Source: Vitrella brassicaformis CCMP3155 (lineage: Eukaryota; Protista; Chromerida). Taken from it: a stretch of DNA of 64,000 bases. The notes under the pieces were generated by a model. That model worked only from the letters and a program-made list of their open reading frames with translations, searched no databases and had not been told where the DNA came from. How positions within the stretch are numbered: position 1 is the stretch's first letter; the number at the start of each line of letters is the position of its first letter. Both the position numbers and the translations under genes were made by a program. The stretch lies in contig CDMY01000280.1 in NCBI GenBank assembly GCA_001179505.1, positions 1-64,000 on the forward strand, in the 5' to 3' direction. Of the stretch, positions 48,991 to 60,057 are shown piece by piece.

Positions 48991-50063
48991 TCATCTAATG
49001 TGCGTCCATGCAGCCATCACTGTGGCCTCTCCACCACTGGGAAAGGTCGGCATGCGCAGCGGCATAGCGGCCTCCTGCTGTGAGAGGTGCTTCTTGACGT
49101 CTACCAGGGCTTGGAAGCCTTGGAAGCCACTGATGTGACGCAGAGACACGGACGGCACATACAAGAAAGAAATGATCTTGGCGTGTGTTGTGTGGTTCTT
49201 ACTCGTTGAGTGCCTTGACGACGGGCGGCTGGGCAGCATCGACCATGCGCACACTCTGCCCATGGAGACACACATAGACAGACAGACAGACAGATTCTTG
49301 GCCATGTGTTTAGCTACCTCTTTGATGATGTCACATGCCGTCTTGGCCCTCTGCTGCCACTCCTCACGCTGAGCGGTGATCTGGTCACGCAACAGCTGCC
49401 AGACAGAGCAAGCAAGGAAGGAAGAGAGATACATGTGAGAGAATGGATGGATGTGCGTGTGGGTTCGTGTCAGGGCGTGCCTGTTTTTCTTCCTCGATTT
49501 GGCTCAGACTGCGTTCCTCGTCCGCCTGCTCCTTCTCAACCTTGGCTATCGTCGCCTGCACACACACACACGCATAGATACAAGAAGAACGTCCAATTGT
49601 CCATATATCCACGTGTCTGTGTGGCCCACCCACCCACCGACCTGTGTCTCCTTGTTGATGTTGTTTATCTCCTCCTCGTGCTGCTTCTGCAGCCGCTGCA
49701 GCTCATCCACGTGACGCTCATACCGACAGTGAGACCGGTCCTTGGCCTACACACACAGAGAGAGAGGGGGAGAGGGGTGAACGCAAATGGTGCGCGGCGT
49801 GTGTGTGGGTGGAGTGTACCTGTTGGTTTTGTTTGATGGTTTTGGTCATGGCGTCGATGGCCCTCTGCAGCTCATCCGCCTCAGCACTCAACTGATTCAG
49901 GCAAACACACCTTCCACACAGGGCACGACCAAACCTACCTACCTACCTACCTTGCTATGGTGTTGGGCCGTTTTGTCGCACTCCTCTGTAAAGGATGTGG
50001 CAGCTGAGGAGGAGGGCGGCGACTGACCGATCCATCAAAACTGGTGGGTGAGCAGCGATTCAT
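48991..50063 (-). CDS. Multi-exon coiled-coil hypothetical protein; may extend upstream to ~51460
   Basis: Exons LSAEADELQRAIDAMTKTIKQNQQ, YERHVDELQRLQKQHEEEINNINKETQ, ATIAKVEKEQADEERSLSQIEEEKQ, LLRDQITAQREEWQQRAK, ...EATVMAAWTHIR-stop. Confidence 0.55.
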
Positions 50064-51521
50064 GTTCTCTGTCATGTATCTCTTGGATGCTGCCTGTCAT
50101 CATCTCTGATACACACATTAGTTCAGTTGATCCATGCCTTGGTCTTTTTCCCCGTGTAGCCCTGCCTATCTCCGTCCCTCCCTCCTTCTGTCCGTATGTC
50201 TGTGTGAATAGATATCCTCCCGTCCTCGTGGCTGGCTGCCTGTGCGTGGGGCTGTGGTTGTGGACAGTTGAATTTCGCATCTGTCACATTCACGACAGGG
50301 AAGTCACTCAGTCGTGTGTGCAGTCCAGGCGGACACTCACATGTCTTAAGACACATGCATCTCAAACAACGAGTGTGTATCATGCATCTGTGGGTGTACA
50401 CCCATGGCCGCACACACATGAAAGAAAACAGTGCAGGCAGGCAGGCGAACAGTGATCCATCCATCCATCCATCCACCCCATGCACACACGCAAATGGAAA
50501 AGACGTAAGCGAGGACTCATGTAAGACACAACTCATGTGCCGACAAACCACACAAACGACTCAGACTTGGTCAGTCAGCCAGTAAAACGGGCCGCCCTCT
50601 CGGCTGCCTGAGTGCGTGTGCGTGTGTCTTCTGACGGCGTCAGGACGAACCTCTTGGACCGCCAATCGATGAGTGGCGACCACTGCAGCGTCTGCAACCC
50701 ACATACCCAATACTTGAATAACGAATCAGACCCTGCACAAAGACCTCACTCAGCAGAGAAGGTGCCGAAGGACGAGAAGCACTCGAACGCTCCATGGCCA
50801 TCGTCCGTCCCCGGCACGCGTCCCCGGCACACGGTGGAAATCATTCTTCCGCGTCGTGAGGAGGGCCGAGCACGATCTTGTGGACCTCAACCTGCGCACT
50901 ACGCATGGCATTTCGACGCTGATTGCCCAGCCTGCGTGGAGAAGAGCGAACAGCACAGCCCACAGAGAATCAATTAGCGCATTGCGTGAGGTGTTCACTG
51001 TGTGTGTGTTGAGTTGATTGCCCACGTTGTTCCTCAATATCCTCCCACGATAAATCGCCGCCTCATGCGTCAGATGCCCTTCTCTGCTCGTTGCAAGCAG
51101 TTGTCCTTGCGCATCCGCTTCATGAACGTCCAGATTTGTTCTTCATAACACCCCGGCGCCGCTGAATAGGGAATTAGGCTCCACGAGTGGAAAAACTTTG
51201 CGAGCTTGATGCGACACACAGCTCTCACCACCTCCAGTCACCTAGAGTGCGACAAAACGGCTCCAGGTCTTTTGCGATTCTGTCCGAGCTCACATCATTG
51301 TTCGCCGCTTTTCTTCTTTTTCCCGGGAGCCGTTTTGTCGCACTCTGGGGGGGGCACGAGAGGTGGTCAGAGCTGTGTGTCGCATCAAGCTCGCAGAAAT
51401 CCCCACTGTGGAGCCGAATTCCCAGGTATCCAGCGGCGGGGGGATGTTCATGAAGGAACATGGAAGCAGATGCGCAAGGTCCTTTTTACTGACTCGCTAC
51501 TCGTGATCTTGTCGTCTGAAA

Positions 51522-53848
51522 ATGAGATGGGTTCTCGTGAAGATCTTTCAACTCGTCGGCCTCGCCTTTCCTGCGTGGCTCTGCGAAGGCAGCACCCGGC
51601 TGAGAAGACATCCGCCACCTCATCAGCCGCCGAGCTTTATCCATCTCCGTCCAGCAATCACGCCGAACCGCATCTATCGCCGGCTGCACCGACACTTCCG
51701 CGCGAAGTCGGCTGATGACGGCATTCCATCTATCTTGAATCCTCCCGACACGCTCCCCCTGCTGAATGCGACCCAGATGGAGCGCTATCGCGAGAAGCTG
51801 TACCTGTCAGAGGTGGTTCAGCGGCTCGACGACGACCAGCTGGCCACCGAGATAGCGAAGCGAGACCTCCCTGATCCAGAGGAGAGGGGCGAGCGCATCG
51901 AGGCCATTGTGGATGACATGATCGACGAGGTGGAGAGCGGCCGGCTCAAGCAGGAGTACGAGAGGAGGAAGCGCATCAAGGAGATCAAGAGGTTCCGCTT
52001 CCGGCCGCCGCCCGACGTCAATCTCACTAAGCAGTACTTCGACTACTGGTCAAAGGAGAAGTACCAGACGGTCGGCAGCTACTACTCTGACTATGACTGG
52101 GATGAAGACGGCGATGGCACGCCGCCACAACCGGACCCATCCACTCGAACCGGCAAGCGCCCGATGTTCAAGATCCAGGACAACATGAGGCGGCAGTACT
52201 TTGACGCTATCGTTCCTGACGCACCAGAGGGGGAGGAGGCGCCCGTGCCCTCTGAGCCGCCAGAAGTCACGGCAGCGCGGGAGAGGAAGCGACTGAAGAG
52301 CCATGTCAAGGGTGGCGTGTCTGTCAGCCTCGACAGCGAGTCGACAGACGAAGCGTCACCCACGGCATCATCCACTCTATCAGCACGGGAGGGCCAGAAG
52401 GTGCCGATGTACATGGTGCGGCCAGTGCGGGAGAGGGAGACGCTCGAGGCAAGAGTCGCCAACCTCGGTATGCGGGACCCGCGAAGGGCCGTCCTGATGC
52501 TCACCGACGTCTTCGGCTACCGAGACCGCTTCATGCGCCGCGTGGCCGACCGGCTGGCCGACACCCTCTCCCTGCCCGTCTTCGTCCCCGACCTCTTCCT
52601 TGGCCAGCCCTGGTCCGCCGACCGGCCCCCAGCCGAGTATGAAGCCTGGCGGAGTCAGCACGACCCTGATCGTGTTGACGATACCATTGGGGCGAGTCTT
52701 CGTTTCCTGAAGGAGAGCTACAAGATGGACGTCATAGCGGTAGTGGGGTTCTGCTACGGTGGGGGTCGGGCGCTCGAGACGGGGGTGAGGTATGGCGGCA
52801 TGGAGGAGGCCGAGGGGGCGGCGGTGTGCAGGAACCGGGTGGACAAGTCGGTGCGGTGTGTGGTGGCCTTCTACCCCACTCGCTATGACGTCGAGGCCAT
52901 CGGGCGGCAGATGCGTGTGCCGACCTGCTGTGTGTATGCGGCCAACGACACGCTGCCTGGGGCGAGAAAGGCAGATGCTGAGCGGCTGTACGAGGCCTTC
53001 AGAGCCAATGAGGACCTGTTTGACTTCATGGTGCAGATATTTGACAACACGACACACGGCTTCGTGCACCAGTCGGCCAGAGACTGGACCAATGACCTGC
53101 AGGAGGAAGATCAGGTACGCCTTGTACGCTGACGTGACTCTCACCCACACCACACACATGCGCTGTGCTTGCCCTGTGTGTGCTGTCATGTCATGTGTGC
53201 TGTGCCTGCATGCAGAAAGCCGAGAAGGCTTATCTGATCAGCACGAGCTTCCTGGAGTTCTGGCTGCCGGTGCGCGAGTACCGTGAAGACACCGACCACC
53301 CCATTATGTCGCCGTCTGACGCCCTCAGTGAGGAGCTGGAGCGGTTCGTCCGCAGCGAGATGACCGACGAGGACCAGGAGGTCCTCGGCAAGGCCATCCC
53401 CGTGGTCCCTGTGCCAGGCGCGGACCTCCAGATGACCGACCCAGTGCGGGACAGTGATAATGACGGCAAGGACGACAGCACAGCAGCACAAGACCAGCCG
53501 CTGATGGACATTCATCACGACCACTACGGGCGGGTGTCTGCGCCTGACGGCACGGGCAGCAGAGAGGATCCGCTCCGGGAGCTCTTTCCTGGCGAGGTGG
53601 TGGCGCCACATCGGTTCAAGCCGCCCAAGCTCGACGAGGTGACCAAGAAGCGCATGACGCAGCAGCCGACGGTCGCACTGGCTGGAGGTGCTGGTGCTGG
53701 GGGGCCGGCCGGACACACGCAACCGCCAGCAGCACCGCTGGATGACATCTTTGCGCCCCTGCCTGACGTGATGAACGATGTGGATGGTGTCGAGAGGCAG
53801 TACCAGCTGCCGGCAAAGCAGGGGCCGAGTGACGACGAGCCGCTGTGA
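51522..53848 (+). CDS. Dienelactone hydrolase-family alpha/beta hydrolase with bipartite (plastid-type) leader and long charged extensions, 2 exons
   Basis: VLMLTDVFGY, VFVPDLF, nucleophile GFCYGG, YAANDTL (Asp), THGFVH (His); exons 51522-53114 and 53216-53848. Confidence 0.9.
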
Positions 53849-54729
53849 GGAGAGGGATGGGGGATTTAAGGCGTCTGTGTATGGGGGGGGGGCATGTGTA
53901 TAGGGCAAGAGTGTAGCTGTACAGGGTGGTCGCGCGCTTTAATGAATGAAGGGAAAATTCTATGAATGTTGGATGGATGGATGGATGGGACTGATTCAGA
54001 CGTCGACCGCTTTATACGTCTAAATCTCGTTAGTCATGCACATGATTCATGTTCCACCGCCGGCCTGCCCTTTGCCCAGTGGGCCTGAGTCTCGTCGCCG
54101 ACGCAGCCCTATCACACATCGACAGCCGATAAGTGCAATGTGTGAAAGATCTCCGCCTCCAAGGAGACTGTCGACCCAGTGAGCAAGCGCAGACACAGCC
54201 ACGCCGGCCAAGAAAACTCAGTCTTGTCTGCCACTGGGGAGTTGACCATCACGCAAAAGAGGAAGGCGGCTACCGACACAGACCAAAAGTATGGATCGAT
54301 CCATCAGTCAATGTGTGTATGAGCGACACACCTGCCTGCCTACCTGCCCCCCACCCTTTTTTCCAACGAGCAAAGTTCCCTGCCGCTCTGCCCTCTGGTT
54401 ACTGCATCAACCGATGGGCGCGGCGCTGACAGAGATGGACCCACAGACAGACAGGCAGTGCGAAGAAGTAGGCAGTATTCAAGAAATGCGGGCTGCGAAA
54501 AAGACGCGGACAAACGGGCTTTCGTTCATGTGCAGGTAGACAAGGCATACAGGCAGCAAGACAGGCAGGCAGGTGGGCAGGCAGACATCCATCCATCCAT
54601 GTGTGTCATCCCGTCCCATCCATCCATCCAGCCAGCCAGCCAGCCATCGCCTGCACAAAGCTCTCCCTCCCCCCATCTTTGCACACGTCACACGCATAGA
54701 CGCACGGCAGCAGGCACCCATGCATCGCA

Positions 54730-55061
54730 TCACTTGATTTCGAAGCCCTCTGCCTTGAGGCACGCGTTGTGCGCGTCGATGAAGGCCTTGCACCTCTCCT
54801 CGCCATTCAGCACTATGCACTCGTCACGCACTCGCTTCGTCTCCTGCACACACACACACACACATACACAGACACATACCCAGACAGACACAGGGTGTGT
54901 GCCGGCCGGTGCTTGCTTTGCTGAGGCGCGCGTGTGTGTGTGTGTGTGCATACCAGGCATACGCAGCAGGGCTTCTTCAAGTTGCCGGGTTTGTTGGAGC
55001 AGCTGCCCTGGTCGGAGGCGTTCAGCTTGGTCTTGCTCACAGCCTTCGAGTCAGATTCCAT
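54730..55061 (-). CDS. COX17: Cytochrome c oxidase copper chaperone COX17, 2 exons
   Basis: Exons 55061-54954 and 54843-54730 give ...LKKPCCVCLETKRVRDECIVLNGEERCKAFIDAHNACLKAEGFEIK: CC copper site plus twin CX9C. Confidence 0.95.
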
Positions 55062-55357
55062 GACGTGTGCTGCTACGCTGCTTGCTGCTGATGTGCTATT
55101 CCTGCCGGCAGAAAGAGAGACAACCACACGCTGTACTGCACAAGAGAGATTTCAAGGTGTTTGTCTGTCTGTCTGTCTGTCTGTCCGTCAGGGTGCAAGT
55201 CAGGGTGAGTCAATCAACGCACCTCTTTGTTTCTACAATGAAGAAGAAGTGAGGCACGGCGACTGGACAGAGGCAGAGATGCTGGGGTTGGTGGAGGGAC
55301 TCTTCACACAGTTCCCGGCTCGCGATATCTGCGAGCTTGCTGACAAAGTGAAGAAGG

Positions 55358-56637
55358 ATGGATCTGGATCTCACGTTCCTGCGCGTGATCTTGGCGCACA
55401 TTCAGCGCCTGAGCGCCCCGCTGCTGCAGCTCTCGCCGCCATCCGCCGCATTCACTCGGGCCGCGCTTCCTGCAGCATCAAGGAGGAGCAGATCAGCAGT
55501 CAAGGCACCTGCTTCGGCATCAGCAGCAGCAGCAGAGCAGCACTCACCTGCCGCCGATGCTGTTCGGTGTGCATCGTCTGCCGGCGATGGGCGGAGGGAT
55601 TGTCACGCCAGCCATCACCCTGTGGGTGCGTCGTTTCTGCTGCTGCCGTCGCTGTACTTCACTGTGCAGCTGCACAGGTGGCGGCAAGACCGGCTCAGGG
55701 GCACCAGTGTGCTCTGCCAGGTACGGCCGTCCGTTCGTCGTGGCATCAATCAGTGTGTGGTTGTGTTCATGTGACTGACTGTGTGGTTGGCTTGGCTGTT
55801 GCTTGCTGGTGTGTTTGTGTGTGTGTTTGTGTGTGTGTTTGTGTGTGTGTTTGTGGTGTGTGTGTGTCAGGAGGAGCAGTCGGCGGATGGGGTCTACCGC
55901 AAGGGCATCAATGTGGACTTCATCCGAGATATCACCACCGGCAACAGGACCGACGACCAACAACGGTACGCAACGCAACGACACACGAACCCTGCATGCT
56001 TCCGTGTCTGTGTGTGTGCAGAGAAGATAAAGCCGAGGGCGAGAAGCAGCAGCCGCCGCAGCAACCGAAGCCCTCCCCTCCGCCATCGCCGGCAGCAGCA
56101 GCAGCAGCAGCTGATGAGAGCAGCAGGCAAGGCAAAGGCAAACCGACATCGGAAGCCCCGCCAGCTCGGCCGCTGTCGAAGGACTCTGTCAGAAACGACG
56201 AAGCGCCCCCTGTGCAGGCAAGAGCGTGCTGGCGATGTGATCCGTGTAAAAGCTTGTATATCTCCTGGTGTGTGGTGTGTGTGCGCAGGTGTCTGCTCAT
56301 CTGGATCCTTCCTCAGCGGCCTCTCAGAAGATCGGGGCGTGCCAATACGTCGCAAACAAAAAGATCGAAGACCGACACGCTGTCAGCCAACACCCACCCG
56401 CACACCGCGCAGACAGACAGACCACACAAATGCCGGCAGACTGTCTGTCTGTCTTGTCCACCCCTATCTGCAGATAAGTGAGGTTAAGGCTCACGGCCGG
56501 AAATGTCTGCTCGTCACGGTGCTGGACGGACACGGCGGATGGCAAATCGGTCAGCAGCATATAATGTGTGGACCCTGACCAGCCCAAACAAGCAGACAGC
56601 GTCGTTTGACCTTTCTGTTTGTCTCTCTCCCTCTCTG

Positions 56638-56675
<38 letters not shown>

Positions 56676-56990
56676 TGTCAGCTGACTATGTGCAGCGTTA
56701 CTTGGCGAGTTACATCGAGAACCAGCTGCAGCACCACGGGGCGCTGCAGATGCGGGAGGCGCTCCACAGCGCATACGCTATCATGGTGAGTGAGGCGGTA
56801 CGTGATGGGTCGGTGCCACAGCACACACACATAACACACGCGCCCAGCCAGCCATCCATGTGTGTGTGTGTGTCAGGACGAAGCTCTATACGAGCTTGTT
56901 CGTGGAGGCTATGCGCTGGGGTTCTCCAGAAATGTCAAGGTGGGTGGGAACGTGACACACGCACAGGTGTGTATTGTATGTCTGTGGCCT

Positions 56991-57023
<33 letters not shown>

Positions 57024-58340
57024 GCAGGTGGGTGCGTGTTCTTTGTCTGTGGTGGTGGACTATCAGAGCATTGCTGTCGCCAATATCGGCGACTGCAAAG
57101 CTGGTACGTTCGTTAAGTGCGGTGGCCACCCGGCAAGCTGCCCTGCCCCGCCCCCATGTGTGTTGTCTGCCTCTTTGTTGGCTGCGTGTGTGTGTCAGTT
57201 TTGTGTCGGAAAGGCAGAGCGATTCCCCTCAACTCCCAACACACGTTAGTACGGACGATTGAGGGCACTCACGTCGTTTCGTCTGGTCATGTCTCGTCAT
57301 CTGTCTCTGGCTTCTTGCTTGCTGCAGTGCCAACAGCCCGGCAGAGCAGAAGAGGCTGCGGGAGCTGCACCCTAATGAGAAAGACGTGGTAGGTATCTGT
57401 GTGTGTGTAGACAGATGGCGGATTTAAGATTGAGTAAGGAAGTGTGAGCGTGTGTGTGTGTGTGTTCAGGTGGTGTGCAAGTCGACGGTAGACCAGCCGC
57501 GGGCCCCACAGTGGCCTTACCTGTGGGAGTACCCCCTCTGCATGATGGGCCTGCTCAAGGAAACGGTACGGTGGGGACACCGAAGGGTATCCATCCATCC
57601 ATCTGTGTGTGTGCCAATGGGTGTGTATGATATGAGTAGGTTGGTTCCCGGTGCTACGTCAAGGGTCGTCTGCAGCCGACGAGGTCCTTCGGCGACTTCC
57701 ACCTCAAACACGCCGAGTTCAAAGCTGACCTCGAGACCGGCAAGTGAGTCACTGAGTGAGTCCCCCAACGGCCCATCCAAACGCACAGACAACGCGCCAC
57801 ACAAGTCAGTCAGTCATGACCTCTGTCTGCTGTGTGTGTGTCGGCCGGTGTGTAACTTAGGGACTTCCTGCGTGACGCCCACACGTTCCCGTACATCACG
57901 GCTGAGCCGCAGGTGGACCTCTACCCTCGCCACCACCAGGACGAGTTCATCGTCATGGGCAGCGACGGCGTCTGGGACTTCCTCACAGACGAAGAGGTAT
58001 CTAAGTGAGTGCGGTCGGTGTATATATGTGTCTTCTGGCCGGCCCAGCTCAGCTGCGTACTGTACGTGTGTGTGTTCAGGGTGTGTCGATCGTCCGCGAG
58101 TCGCTCAAGAGCGACCCCTCCCCCGAGACGGCTGCAAAAGCGTAAGTAACCAGACACACTAAGGGAACACCTGATGTCCCTCTCTGTGTGTGTCTGCTTG
58201 TCCGCAGCATCGTTCATGCGGTGCTGCGCAAGGCGGCTGAGCGTGCGGCGTTGCCGCTCGAGGCGCTGCTGGCCATCGAGCTGGGCCAGCGGCGGTCGTA
58301 CCATGACGACATCACCGTGTGTGTGGTCCTGCTGACATGA
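55358..58340 (+). CDS. PP2C/PPM-family protein phosphatase with possible mitochondrial presequence
   Basis: ANKKIEDR, VLDGHGG, VANIGDCKA, GRLQPTRSFGDFHLK, PYITAEPQV, IVMGSDGVWDFL, YHDDITV; N-terminus is Arg/Ser/Ala-rich. Confidence 0.9.
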
Positions 58341-59277
58341 ACCAAGGAACGGCTCGCTTGTGGGACTGACAAGGGGACTGTACAGATCGCATCGGGTGTA
58401 TGTGTGTGTGAGAGCGGTTTTTGGGAGAGAGAGAGATGTGTGTGTGGGCTGCCTGGATGTGTGTGCTGGCTCGATGGATGGATGGAGAGGCTGAGAGAGA
58501 TTGGCCGCCGTGTCGGCGTCTGGATGGTTGCAATTGGTCATGCAAACACTTCTTACTCGCACCGCATCAAGCAGTCAATGAATGTCACGCACGCACACGC
58601 ACACGGCGACATCCCATCCGTTCACCCTGCCATAGTAATCTGACCGTCAGATTGACTGACTCTGCGCTCGCTCAATCGCATCGGTGAGATCGAGCAAAAT
58701 ACAGAAAAGCAGACATCGACTAACGCGGCACGCGTGTTCTCTCTGTATGAACGACCGTATATGTGTGTGTGTCTGTCGGGGCCACCCACCCTCCCCCCGC
58801 CCTCCCTCCCTCCCGGCCCCAAGAGTGTCTGTCTGTCTGTCTGTCTGCACACACCACTGTCATTCATCCTGCCTAGCATCCAATGCCTAAGGGCCAAAGG
58901 GGAAGGTATGGTATCCACAACACAACAAGAAGTTTAGATAAGGCACGACATGGATGGCATGGTCACAGCACACGTGCAGTGAGTTGAGTGAGTGAGTGCA
59001 CACCACACAGCCAGCCAAAAACCAGCCGCCGCGTGCCGTGCCGCGCGTGCCGTTGCAAGGCGCGCGCGATCAAACACATTTGCCTGGGCAAGGCGAGGCA
59101 ATCAATCAGTCCGTCAGCGTCGGAGCAAGGCGTACGAGACACTTACACAATCACGTGCACCGACGAACGAGCTATACAGGTAGGTATTTACACACACATA
59201 CACACACACACACACACACATTGACACTCATCCACGCAGCCACGCACAGACGATGGTCGGGGGGGGGGGGGGGGGGG

Positions 59278-59577
59278 NNNNNNNNNNNNNNNNNNNNNNN
59301 NNNNNNNNNNNNNNNNNNNNNNNNNNNNNNNNNNNNNNNNNNNNNNNNNNNNNNNNNNNNNNNNNNNNNNNNNNNNNNNNNNNNNNNNNNNNNNNNNNNN
59401 NNNNNNNNNNNNNNNNNNNNNNNNNNNNNNNNNNNNNNNNNNNNNNNNNNNNNNNNNNNNNNNNNNNNNNNNNNNNNNNNNNNNNNNNNNNNNNNNNNNN
59501 NNNNNNNNNNNNNNNNNNNNNNNNNNNNNNNNNNNNNNNNNNNNNNNNNNNNNNNNNNNNNNNNNNNNNNNNNNNNN
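59278..59577. other. Assembly gap (300 N) flanked by poly-G
   Basis: N run between G homopolymers. Confidence 0.95.
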
Positions 59578-59581
59578 GGGG

Positions 59582-60025
59582 CTATGTGGGTTTGTCTGGT
59601 GGCGTGGGCAGGTCCAGCTGCAGGAAAGCGAACTCGACGCAGTTGCCGCCCGCATACTGACACACACACACACAAACATAGGGATGCACTCCGGCACAAA
59701 TCATGTCTGTCTGTCTGTATGTCTGTGAGCAGACCTGGATGTTCGGCTCCTTGTGGAACATGACGTATCTGATAGATACATTAATTGACACCAAGCCACG
59801 CAGCGTGTGTGTCAATCAATACCTATGGCCGTCTATCTGTCTGTCTGCGTGTGGGCGTGTGGCCTGCCTGCCTGCCTGCCTGCCTCACCCGTTGTTGAGG
59901 AAGGCGGAGAGCAGTTCCTTGTTCATTTCAACCGCCTGCTGCTGGTGGTTGCCGAACACGTGCACCTCGATCAACACCTGCAAACACACACTCATACACA
60001 CCCACCAGTAGGAGATATAGCCACA

Positions 60026-60057
<32 letters not shown>

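Noticed and set aside
1012-52365. Identical heptapeptide STDEASP in the 991 gene and in the dienelactone hydrolase
   Set aside because: It lies in low-complexity linkers with different codons and no flanking similarity; most likely coincidence
20728-55061. Copper gene cluster (Cu-ATPase plus COX17)
   Set aside because: They are about 27 kb apart with many unrelated genes between them; there is no evidence of clustering beyond chance
54934-56481. 515-aa ORF overlapping COX17 and PP2C
   Set aside because: It is a composite of antisense COX17, spacer and introns; only a short part is in the PP2C frame
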